From Chthoniobacterales bacterium (GTDB lineage Bacteria > Verrucomicrobiota > Verrucomicrobiia > Chthoniobacterales > JAFAMB01): DNA of 64,000 bases. Where the stretch lies: positions 419 through 64,418 of the forward strand of contig DASWVC010000293.1 of NCBI GenBank assembly GCA_036401335.1. The letters are read 5' to 3'. The translations under genes and the position numbers were made by a program. Shown piece after piece: positions 1-8,242 of this stretch. Within the stretch, counting starts at the first letter, position 1; each line of letters begins with the position of its first letter. Below the pieces are notes generated by a model that was not told the DNA's origin, did no database searches, and saw nothing but the letters and a program-made list of their open reading frames with translations.

Positions 1-326
1 GTCACCACGTCGTGGCCCTCTGGTCGCATGGGCAAATCCGCCGCCTCCCCTACCACGAACCGTACCCGGTCCGAGACGCGCTCCGCCTCGGCCTTCCGGC
101 GGGCTTGCCCGACCGCGTCAGCGCTTCGGTCCACACCGGTGCCTCGCACGGCCCAGTGACGAGCCCAGAGCCGCAACAACAGACCGTGGCCGCTGCCGAT
201 ATCGAGGACATCCGTGCCGTCCTTGACGCGGCACGTGGCCGCAAGTTGCAACAACGCTCGCCGGGAGGTAGGGGTCGAAATCTCGAGCGGGCGTTCCGCG
301 ATCTCAACGTAGTCTAAGGCGTTCAT
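1..326 (-). CDS. class I SAM-dependent methyltransferase, N-terminal part (CDS runs off the left window edge)
   Basis: Absent from the ORF track because there is no in-window stop. Manual minus-strand translation from ATG (complement of 324-326) gives MNALDYVEIAERPLEISTPTSRRALLQLAATCRVKDGTDVLDIGSGHGLLLRLW..., with SAM motif I VLDIGSGHG. It displaces the R/P-rich plus-strand ORF 12..317. Confidence 0.6.
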   Translation of the reverse strand, partial: MNALDYVEIAERPLEISTPTSRRALLQLAATCRVKDGTDVLDIGSGHGLLLRLWARHWAVRGTGVDRSADAVGQARRKAEAERVSDRVRFVVGEAADLPMRPEGHDVV

Positions 327-430
327 AATGGGTTGGGCAGAATCCTTTTCTACCCGGCCCGGCCGGGGCGGTGCGAGCCCGAACGGCCGAAACTGCTTCG
401 ATGCACGTCTGCCGCAAAGGGAGATCCGGG

Positions 431-2428
431 CTAGCCGGCGGGCACGCGTGCGGCTGACGCCTGGAGGACGGCTTCCAACTCAGCCCGAACCACAGGCTTC
501 ACCAGTTTGTCGTCCATGCCGGCCGAAACGCACCTCTCCCGTTCTTCATCAAGCGCATTCGCAGTGAGCGCCACAATGTAAGGCTGCCGTGCCGGCCGCA
601 GAAGGGCACGAATTTCCCGGGTTGCTTGCAGGCCGTCAATCCCCGGCATCTGCACATCCATCAGGATGAGGTCGAAAGCTTCGCTTACCGCGGCGTCAAC
701 AGCTTCCCGACCGTTCTCTACCTCCATGATGTTACGGACCCCCAGCTTTTTCAGCAGGGCGACGGCCACGAACCGGTTGACGGCGGTATCGTCGACGATC
801 AGCACGTTGAGATCGGCCAGGGATCGTTGCAGGACCGAAGCTCCGTTGCGTGGACCCCTCACGTCCAGGGGAACGCCCTGATCCGAAATCGCCTGGAGGA
901 AGCGAGCTTTTCTCAAGGGCAGCCCGAGCACGATGGCCGCAGGGTAAAGGCTGGCCCACTCCGACCGGTTCCTGGCCCGAGTCAAGAGAATCAGGGACGA
1001 CCCGTTCATCTGGCTCGACGCCGGAATCTCGCTCCTGCAGGCATCGGCGTCGATGATCAGGTAGCCGGCTCGTGTATTCCTCAGGCTCTCCGCCGGATCT
1101 GAGCGAATCACCACCTCTAGGGCGAGTTCCTCGGCCCAGGTGGCTAACTGCCTAAGCAACCGGACATTCTTGACCATCAGCATCAGTCGTTTGCCGGTCG
1201 ATGCGGCAACGTTCCGGCCAGGTTCGGCGGAAATAACAGGGGGCAAGGAAATGGTAAAATGAAACCGAGTGCCTTTGCCAACGGCACTTTCCACCCAGAT
1301 CCGGCCGCCCATCAGCTTGGTCAAAGTACGACAAATCGAGAGACCCAGTCCCGTGCCTCCGAAATGGCGTGTCGTGGACGCATCCACCTGACTGAATGCT
1401 TGGAACAAGCGGTCGAGCTTTTCTGGTGCTACCCCGATGCCCGTGTCTTCCAGGCTAAAATGAACCATATTCGGCCCATCGAAAGAAGGGTTTACTTCCA
1501 GATAAATCTCACCGCCGGCCGTGAACTTGACCGCGTTGCCCACCAGGTTTAGCAGGATCTGCCGCAAGCGGGTGATGTCACCGAGCACGGTCGCAGGCAG
1601 CTGCGGACTGACCCACGCAATGATGTCAAGATCCTTTGCGAACGCTCCTGGCGCCAACAACTCCATCACTTGGTCGATGGCATCACTGAGGAGGAAGGGA
1701 GTCGATTCGAGTTCAAGTTTGCCTGACTCCATCTTTGACAGGTCAAGGATGTCGTTGATGATGCGCAGCAATGTCTCGCCGGACGTGCGAATGACCTCCA
1801 CCAGATCCTTTTGCGGAGCGCTCAAGGGGGTGTCTGCAAGGACGTCGGCGACTCCTAACACGCCCACCATCGGTGTGCGTATCTCGTGGCTCATGTTGGC
1901 GAAGAATTCCGATTTGGATCTCGTCACTTCCGCCAGTTGGTTGTTCAGCTGGACCAGTTCTGCATTTTTTCCCAACAGCTCGGCTTGCGCCTTTTCAAGC
2001 GCCTGGAACGCCGCCCTGCGCTGCAGCTCGTGCAGGTAACCCTGGGAATGCAAGCGGACGCGCGCCAGCAGTTCAATGCGGTCGGGCAACTTGATCAGGT
2101 AGTCGCTGGCGCCGGCCTCAAACGCTGCTTGTTTGATCACGGGTTGCTCCCGCGTGGACAAGACAATGACAGGAATTTCCCGGGTCTGCGGGCTGTTGCG
2201 GTATTCCTTCAGCAGGTCGAGTCCATTTACCCCGGGCATGACCAAATCCTGTAAAATCACCGTCGGGCAGATTTTCTCAGCCGCTTCGACCGCCCGGGTA
2301 GGATCACTCACGTAGCTGAACGCAATCCCGGCATCGGTGGCCAGCATGCGCCGGATGCCTTCAGCTACCATCGGTTGGTCATCGACCAACAGAACTGAGA
2401 TCCTCTCCGTCGTGTGCTCGCTTTTCAT
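431..2428 (-). CDS. hybrid sensor histidine kinase / response regulator (REC - coiled coil - HisKA - HATPase_c - receiver-like spacer - REC)
   Basis: REC1: VLLVDDQ, PTVILQDLVMPG, DYLIKLPD. H-box: FFANMSHEIRTPM. ATPase boxes: NLVGNAVKFT, DTGIGV, GGTGLGLSI. Degenerate receiver: MLMVKN...LIIDAD. C-terminal REC: VLIVDD, LILMDVQMPGIDG. The track start 2473 is TTG; the ATG at 2428 preceded by GGAGAA is preferred. Confidence 0.9.
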   Translation of the reverse strand: MKSEHTTERISVLLVDDQPMVAEGIRRMLATDAGIAFSYVSDPTRAVEAAEKICPTVILQDLVMPGVNGLDLLKEYRNSPQTREIPVIVLSTREQPVIKQAAFEAGASDYLIKLPDRIELLARVRLHSQGYLHELQRRAAFQALEKAQAELLGKNAELVQLNNQLAEVTRSKSEFFANMSHEIRTPMVGVLGVADVLADTPLSAPQKDLVEVIRTSGETLLRIINDILDLSKMESGKLELESTPFLLSDAIDQVMELLAPGAFAKDLDIIAWVSPQLPATVLGDITRLRQILLNLVGNAVKFTAGGEIYLEVNPSFDGPNMVHFSLEDTGIGVAPEKLDRLFQAFSQVDASTTRHFGGTGLGLSICRTLTKLMGGRIWVESAVGKGTRFHFTISLPPVISAEPGRNVAASTGKRLMLMVKNVRLLRQLATWAEELALEVVIRSDPAESLRNTRAGYLIIDADACRSEIPASSQMNGSSLILLTRARNRSEWASLYPAAIVLGLPLRKARFLQAISDQGVPLDVRGPRNGASVLQRSLADLNVLIVDDTAVNRFVAVALLKKLGVRNIMEVENGREAVDAAVSEAFDLILMDVQMPGIDGLQATREIRALLRPARQPYIVALTANALDEERERCVSAGMDDKLVKPVVRAELEAVLQASAARVPAG

Positions 2429-2543
2429 GGGTAAACTTGTTGGTTCTCCATTCTTTAACGATTGTCCTGACAAGCTTGGATCCCGTTGTTAAATGCAGGC
2501 GGCGCCCGATGCGCAGGCGCGGACATAGAACCGAAGCATCCTT

Positions 2544-3524
2544 TCAACGTAAGAATAGTTGCCTGAGGCGTGGTCCGATTTTTCCCAACGGCAGAATGTC
2601 GGTAGCTGCGCCGAGCTCGGCGGCAGCTTTCGGCATCCCGTAAACGGTGCTGGTTTGCTGATCCTGGGCAATGGTGTGGTACCCGGCATCACGCAGGTGT
2701 TTCAGCCCTTGCGCGCCGTCCCGTCCCATCCCGGTTAACAAAACACCTACCACCGACCCGGTGAAATGCCGCACGGTGCTGTCAAAAAAAACGTCCACGG
2801 ACGGTCGGTAGGAATGTTCTCTCGGCGCGGCCGTGTAACCGATCCGGTGCGGGCTTTTGAAGACAAGGTGATCGCCGGTGGCAGCGACGAGAATGGTCCC
2901 GGCGGTTAGTGAATCGCCCTCGCGGGCCAGCTTCACCGGCAGCGGTGAATGCTCATTTAGATACTGGACGAAGTCCGGCGCAAACCGGGCTTCGATGTGC
3001 TGCACGATCACCACGGCCGGTTCAAAGTGCCGCGGCAGACTGGAAAGGATTGCACTAAGGGCGGTGCTTCCGCCAGCGGATGCACCGATGGCCACAAGCT
3101 TGGTCACGATCGGGCCTGGTTTTAGCTCCTCCGGCATTGAACCCCGGCGGTTCGTGAGGTGCCCGATCTGCGCGATCCTCTCCAGCAAGGCTTTTCCCGT
3201 TTGCCGAGAGCCGGGATGCACAGGGAAATTTACCGCGTCGATGGCGCCGGCCCGCAAGGCTTCCAACACCGCGGGCGAATCTTTTCCCGCCAGCTCTGTG
3301 AGGATCAAAACCCGGCAAGGCGTCCGCTTCATGATGCTTCGCGTGGTTTCCGCGCCGTCCAATGACTGCATCAGGACGAGGTCGGGAGGATCGTCACGAC
3401 ACCTTTCAACCGCTTCAGCCGCGGTCCCGGCAGTCCAGGCAATTTCATGGACCGCAGAAGCCGTGAGCAGTTCGCGCAGGGAATCAACCGCTGAACGGAG
3501 TCCATCGACGATCCCGATTCTCAT
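2544..3524 (-). CDS. cheB: CheB/WspF-like protein-glutamate methylesterase with atypical receiver domain
   Basis: Catalytic Ser/His/Asp contexts GASAGGSTAL, VIVQHI and LTGMGRDGAQG are present. There is an N-terminal receiver-like domain. The start overlaps the cheA stop (ATGA at 3521-3524). Confidence 0.9.
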   Translation of the reverse strand: MRIGIVDGLRSAVDSLRELLTASAVHEIAWTAGTAAEAVERCRDDPPDLVLMQSLDGAETTRSIMKRTPCRVLILTELAGKDSPAVLEALRAGAIDAVNFPVHPGSRQTGKALLERIAQIGHLTNRRGSMPEELKPGPIVTKLVAIGASAGGSTALSAILSSLPRHFEPAVVIVQHIEARFAPDFVQYLNEHSPLPVKLAREGDSLTAGTILVAATGDHLVFKSPHRIGYTAAPREHSYRPSVDVFFDSTVRHFTGSVVGVLLTGMGRDGAQGLKHLRDAGYHTIAQDQQTSTVYGMPKAAAELGAATDILPLGKIGPRLRQLFLR

Positions 3525-5812
3525 CCGGTCGCCTCACCGATCAGGTTGACCACCGCCACCAGCAGGGTCTCGTCGTGAAAGCTTCCCTTGGCCAGGTAAT
3601 GGTCCGCTCCGGCTTCCAAGCCGCGCCGCCGGTCTTCCTCCCGGTCTTTGTAGGAGACAATGATCACCGGGAGCGCTGTTAACCCGGGATCACGTTTGAT
3701 GAGCGAGACAAGTTCAATCCCATCCTGTCGCGGCATGTCCACGTCGGTTACGACCAGGTCGAACTTTCCCGTCCGGACTGCGTTCCAGCCGTCCATGCCA
3801 TCGACCGCGATCTCGACTTCGTACCCCCGCGTCTGGAGCAGTTTTTTCTCCAGCTCCCGCACCGTGAGTGAATCGTCCACAACCAGAATCCGTTTTCGCT
3901 TCTTGTTTGCCTCCCGGGCATCCTCGCGCTGGATGCGGGTCAGGGTGCCCGTCTCGACCAGTTTTTCGATCGAACGAACGGCGTCCGCGACTTCGACGAC
4001 CAACACCGGGGCGCCGTCCTCCATCAGCGCACCGCAGCTGATATCCTTGATTTTACCTAATCGCGGGTCGAGCGGCTGAACGATCAATTCACGTTCACCA
4101 AGAAATTTCTCCACCACCAAACCATAGAGCCGGCCGGCTTGACCGATGATCAGCACGCAGTTTTCCGCGCTCAGGGGCGCTTCTCCCCCGCCGCCGAAGA
4201 TCTGGCTGGCGGAAACCAGCCCGATCTGCTGACCGTCGAAGGAAAAATACTGCCGGCCGCCCACGGCCCGAACCCCCTCTTTAGGCAACCTGAATGCCCG
4301 CGCAACGTGCGCCAGCGGAAACGCGTAGGGTTCACTTTCGATTTGCACGAGCAGCGCCCTGACGATCGAAAGGGTTAAGGGCAGTTGCAGTTGGAAGGTG
4401 GTTCCCGTTCCCCGTTCCGTCGTGATCCGGATGACGCCGCGCACTTCCTTGACCAGCGCCTGAACGACATCCAGGCCCACGCCCCGCCCGGAGATTTCCG
4501 TGACGGTCTGCTTCATCGTAAAGCCAGGCAAAAGGAGAAAGTCCAGCAGCTCAACGGAGCTCATTTTTTCCGTTTCAGCCGCGGTTGTCAGTTGCTTGCG
4601 AACCACGGCGCCTCGCAGCCCCGCCAAATCGATCCCCGCGCCATCGTCGGAAACACTGACCAGGAGGTCACCGGCACTGTGCCGGGCTTCCAGTCTGATT
4701 ACCCCTTCATCAGGCTTGCCGGCGGCCCGGCGTTCCTCGAGCGGCTCAATGCCGTGATCAAACGCATTGCGCACCAGGTGAGTGAGCGGCGCTTCCAGTT
4801 TTTCGAGGATGTCCCGATCGACGTACGTGTTGGGGCCTTGGATCTCGAGCCGGGCTTGCTTGCCGAGCGTCCGGGCCAGGTCGCGGACCATCCGCGGAAA
4901 TCCGAGCAGGCCGTCGCCAAACGGCCGCATCCGGCACGCCAGGGCTTCATTGTAAAGGCGATGCGACAGGTGCGCCGAACGCTGGTCAGAATCCTCTAAA
5001 TCAAGCAGCCGTTCAGACAAGGCCCGGCGGCATTGCGACAATTGGGTTCTGGCTTGATGCACGTGCGCCACCGATGGTCGGACGGGTGTCTCCCGGCCCA
5101 ACGCTTCATGGATTGCGTCGAGGGTCTTGCTCAGCCCGCCCAACTGGCGTTGAACCCGCAGCAGCGACCCCGCCAACGGTTCCAACCGGCGCGAGGCGAT
5201 AAGGGATTCACCCGTCAAGGCAAGCAGCCGATTCAGGTTTGCAGCGGTCACGCGTAAAAACCGCGGCTGAGCCGCCGGTTTTTCGGCCGCTTTGGCGGAC
5301 AATCCGGTGGCTGTCGGCGTACCCGGGACCGTGTCTACCGTTTCGGGCGGGACTGCCGCCGGAAACGGCGGGGTACGCGGGGGCTCCGCGGCGTTGCCCT
5401 GGTGAATCGTGTCGAGTTCGACCAGGTAGTCTGCCATCCCGGGAACCAGCGGCCCGTTCTCCGCTTCCGTGCCGTTCTCAGGCATTTGGGCGATTTGCTG
5501 CATCAGGTCCACTCCGCGCAGGAGCACATCCACCTGGCGAACCAGCAGCACGAGCCGTCCGGTCTGGGCAGCAACAAAGACCTCCTCCATTGCATGCGCC
5601 AGCCGCACAGCCGCTTCACAATTCACCATCCGGGCAGCCCCTTTCAGCGAGTGCGCCGCCCGCATCAATACTTCCAGCCGAGAGGGATCGACGGGTTGGT
5701 GTTCGAGGCCGATCAAATGCTCGGCCAGGACCGCCGCCTGGTTGTTCACTTCCAGCCGGAAGAGCTCCATCATGGAGAAATCGGTGAGATCCGGCGGCAG
5801 GGTGGCACTCAT
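3521..5812 (-). CDS. cheA: CheA/WspE-like histidine kinase with C-terminal receiver (Hpt - kinase - CheW-like - REC)
   Basis: Hpt site AAHSLKGAARMV. N box HLVRNAFDHGIE. G boxes DDGAGID and GRGVGLDVV. CheW-like region. REC: ILVVDDS, DLVVTDVDMP. The ATG at 5810-5812 overlaps the upstream cheW stop (ATGA). The track start 5860 is GTG and would overlap cheW by 52 nt. Confidence 0.9.
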   Translation of the reverse strand: MSATLPPDLTDFSMMELFRLEVNNQAAVLAEHLIGLEHQPVDPSRLEVLMRAAHSLKGAARMVNCEAAVRLAHAMEEVFVAAQTGRLVLLVRQVDVLLRGVDLMQQIAQMPENGTEAENGPLVPGMADYLVELDTIHQGNAAEPPRTPPFPAAVPPETVDTVPGTPTATGLSAKAAEKPAAQPRFLRVTAANLNRLLALTGESLIASRRLEPLAGSLLRVQRQLGGLSKTLDAIHEALGRETPVRPSVAHVHQARTQLSQCRRALSERLLDLEDSDQRSAHLSHRLYNEALACRMRPFGDGLLGFPRMVRDLARTLGKQARLEIQGPNTYVDRDILEKLEAPLTHLVRNAFDHGIEPLEERRAAGKPDEGVIRLEARHSAGDLLVSVSDDGAGIDLAGLRGAVVRKQLTTAAETEKMSSVELLDFLLLPGFTMKQTVTEISGRGVGLDVVQALVKEVRGVIRITTERGTGTTFQLQLPLTLSIVRALLVQIESEPYAFPLAHVARAFRLPKEGVRAVGGRQYFSFDGQQIGLVSASQIFGGGGEAPLSAENCVLIIGQAGRLYGLVVEKFLGERELIVQPLDPRLGKIKDISCGALMEDGAPVLVVEVADAVRSIEKLVETGTLTRIQREDAREANKKRKRILVVDDSLTVRELEKKLLQTRGYEVEIAVDGMDGWNAVRTGKFDLVVTDVDMPRQDGIELVSLIKRDPGLTALPVIIVSYKDREEDRRRGLEAGADHYLAKGSFHDETLLVAVVNLIGEATG

Positions 5813-6528
5813 GCGAGGGTGCGCTCTAAGGCGAGGAAAAGCAGTGGGCCGTCGAGGCACCCAACGTTCTGGCCCTCACAGGGAAGGAGGCCGCGGATGT
5901 AACCCGGAGGCGCTTTTGGCCCCGTCCACGGGACCTGCTGCAACTCCGAGGGACTGAACCGGCGGAGGCCCCGCACTTCATCCACCGGAAACACGAAACG
6001 GGAGCCTTCGCGCACCGCCACGAAGAGCCGGCGGTAAATGGTGCGGCGAGGTCCGGGGACGTTGGGCGCAATGTTTTCCAAACCAAGCAACTCGGCCAGG
6101 GTCACACAAATGAGCAGTTCGCCCCCGATGTTGACGACGCCCAAAACCGCTTTGTTTCGCAGCTGCGGCACGGTATGAATCGGACGATCAACCGCAATCT
6201 CTTGCAAACTGTGCGGCGACAACCCCAGCCACTCGGCGCCAATGCGGAAGATCAGGATGCCCTGCGTAGGCTCGTCCTCAAGGTGCCCGGCACGGGCGAA
6301 ATGTTCTGTCCAATGGTCCATGTAAGCCGGCGGCACTTCCTGCTCAAGCCGGTGCCCCGCGGCTGAAGAATAAACCCCGCAGTTGCGGCAGTGGACCGCA
6401 CCTTTCAAAACGGGGCATTGCCGGTTACCCCAGATGCCAATTTTGTTCCAACAATCGTTTGGCCGGCCAGCTTCGGCCGTGGGCACACTTCCATTGGCCA
6501 GGTTTCCGTTAGCCGAGTTCGCGATCAT
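5809..6528 (-). CDS. cheW: CheW-like coupling protein (WspD position) with N-terminal Cys/His-rich motif
   Basis: CheW-like core: ILIFRIGAEWLGLSPHSLQEI...LGVVNIGGELLICVTLAELLG. N-terminal motif: DCWNKIGIWGNRQCPVLKGAVHCRNCGVY. ATGA overlap with cheR at 6525-6528. Confidence 0.85.
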   Translation of the reverse strand: MIANSANGNLANGSVPTAEAGRPNDCWNKIGIWGNRQCPVLKGAVHCRNCGVYSSAAGHRLEQEVPPAYMDHWTEHFARAGHLEDEPTQGILIFRIGAEWLGLSPHSLQEIAVDRPIHTVPQLRNKAVLGVVNIGGELLICVTLAELLGLENIAPNVPGPRRTIYRRLFVAVREGSRFVFPVDEVRGLRRFSPSELQQVPWTGPKAPPGYIRGLLPCEGQNVGCLDGPLLFLALERTLA

Positions 6529-7757
6529 CGGGTGCCCTCCTGGACCCGACGGGCACGGTCCCTCAACACCCGGGCTGCGGCATGGTTGCCCGAATGTTCC
6601 TGGAGCAAGGCGAGGTGAATGGCAGCCTCGTAATGGTTTGGCTCCAAGTAGAGGGCTTTCCGGTAAAAGCGATCGGCCTGGTCCCGGTCTCCCTCACCGT
6701 CCCGGATAAGCGCAAACAGGTAAAAGAGGGCCGCAGAGGGACCGGCCTTTTGGAGCAGGGCTTCACACGCTTCAGCGGCCTCCGCCAGCCGGCCCTGATC
6801 GGCCAGACGGCCAGCTTGCTCCAGCTCCGGCAAAGTGGCGGCCCCGGCCGCAGGCGTTTCCGTGGCCGTGCGGCTCGGCCTTGGCAACTTAGGCTGGTGG
6901 CCGGTCAACGCCGCGTTTGGGGTCAGGCAAATTTTCCTGCGAATGGGTTTAGGAGCTGGCCAAAGTGCCGGTTCGCGCCGGCGAAAGCCAAACGCCATCG
7001 GCAAACGCGCCGAAGCAAAGCCGTGGTTGGTCAGTAAACCGGCTTCGGCCGGACCGACAAACAGCAGTCCGTCCGGCACAAGAAGTTTTTCCAAACGATC
7101 CAGGGCCTTACCCTGTGTCTCCTCGTCAAAATAGATCAACAGGTTGCGGCAGAAGATGAATTGGTACGGTTCACAGAACACCCCGAAATTCTCGGCGACG
7201 ACGTTCCCGGGTGCGAACCGAACACAGGCGCGAACCCGTTGATCCAATTGCGCACCGGCATCGGTCTCCGCGAAAAACCGCGCCCGGACGTCAGGGTCGG
7301 TTCCACGAAAGGAATGGTTCCCGAACACGCCGGCCTGCGCGACCTGAAGGGCGCGTTCACTCACGTCAAACGCATCAATCCGGAATCTGTCGGCTGTCAG
7401 TCCCAGCTCAAGCAAGCTTATCGCCAGAGAATAGGGTTCTTCACCGGTCGAACAGGGAACGCTGAGAACACGGATCATTCCGGATGCGAAAAACAGCGTC
7501 TCACGAACGCGGTGCTGGAACGCGTTGATGCCTTCAGGGTGCCGGAAAAAGAAAGTCTCCGGGATCACGACCGCCTCAATCAGGTTCCGCATCTCCGGTG
7601 CTGAGCGTCGCAAAAGGTCAACGTACGACGGAACATCCTCAAGCTGGTTGGCGCGGAGCCGCTCCGCCACGGCACGTCTGATCAGATCCGCGCCAACCGA
7701 AGCAACGTCGAGGCCGATCCCTGCTTTCAGCAGCGCGATGACTTCGGTGAATGGCAT
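6525..7757 (-). CDS. cheR: CheR/WspC-like MCP methyltransferase with C-terminal TPR region
   Basis: Motifs ETFFFRHPEG and LSVPCSTGEEPYSLAI. The C-terminal TPR-like helices read LADQGRLAEAAEACEALL...YRKALYLEPNHYEAAIHLALL. TGATG overlap with the upstream cheW at 7755-7759. Confidence 0.9.
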   Translation of the reverse strand: MPFTEVIALLKAGIGLDVASVGADLIRRAVAERLRANQLEDVPSYVDLLRRSAPEMRNLIEAVVIPETFFFRHPEGINAFQHRVRETLFFASGMIRVLSVPCSTGEEPYSLAISLLELGLTADRFRIDAFDVSERALQVAQAGVFGNHSFRGTDPDVRARFFAETDAGAQLDQRVRACVRFAPGNVVAENFGVFCEPYQFIFCRNLLIYFDEETQGKALDRLEKLLVPDGLLFVGPAEAGLLTNHGFASARLPMAFGFRRREPALWPAPKPIRRKICLTPNAALTGHQPKLPRPSRTATETPAAGAATLPELEQAGRLADQGRLAEAAEACEALLQKAGPSAALFYLFALIRDGEGDRDQADRFYRKALYLEPNHYEAAIHLALLQEHSGNHAAARVLRDRARRVQEGTR

Positions 7758-8215
7758 CAGGTTTCCACCAGTTCACGGAACAGCGCATCCCGTATGCCTG
7801 GGGTGAGTAACTGTTCAATCGCAACCCGCTGAATAAAGTTCCCCTCATGATTGGCCATCCGGCCTAAGCAGGGCGCACCGTCCGATGCCACCCCGGTTTC
7901 CGAAAACGCTCCCGCGTTGAATTGCATGGTTTCGGTTACGTGTTCGGCCATCAAACCGAGCAGCCGCTTCCGCTCACCCTGCGTGGCCTCCACCAGGATG
8001 ATGCGGGTGCTTAGGCGGCGGGCCGCTGGCTCACCCCGGATCATGAGGCTCAGGTCCACCACAGGCACCACGGCTCCTCGATAATTGAACAATCCGGATA
8101 TTCCGGCCGGCACCTGCCAAAGCCCATTCAGCTTCAACCGCGGCAGGACTTCCACAATCCGGTTGGCCGGAATCGCATACCGGGCCGGGCCAAGCTGAAA
8201 AAGGATGAAAAGCAT
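7757..8215 (-). CDS. cheW: CheW-like coupling protein (WspB position)
   Basis: 152 aa, MLFILFQLGPARYAIPANRIVEVLP...FNYRGAVVPVVDLS, typical of a single CheW domain. It sits in the operon between the MCP and cheR. Confidence 0.85.
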   Translation of the reverse strand: MLFILFQLGPARYAIPANRIVEVLPRLKLNGLWQVPAGISGLFNYRGAVVPVVDLSLMIRGEPAARRLSTRIILVEATQGERKRLLGLMAEHVTETMQFNAGAFSETGVASDGAPCLGRMANHEGNFIQRVAIEQLLTPGIRDALFRELVET

Positions 8216-8242
8216 GCGAATCTCGTTCGGTTGGCGTGACCC

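Noticed and set aside
12-317. 101-aa plus-strand ORF at the left edge
   Set aside because: The opposite strand encodes a convincing SAM-methyltransferase N-terminus (VLDIGSGHG) that is missing from the track only because it has no in-window stop.
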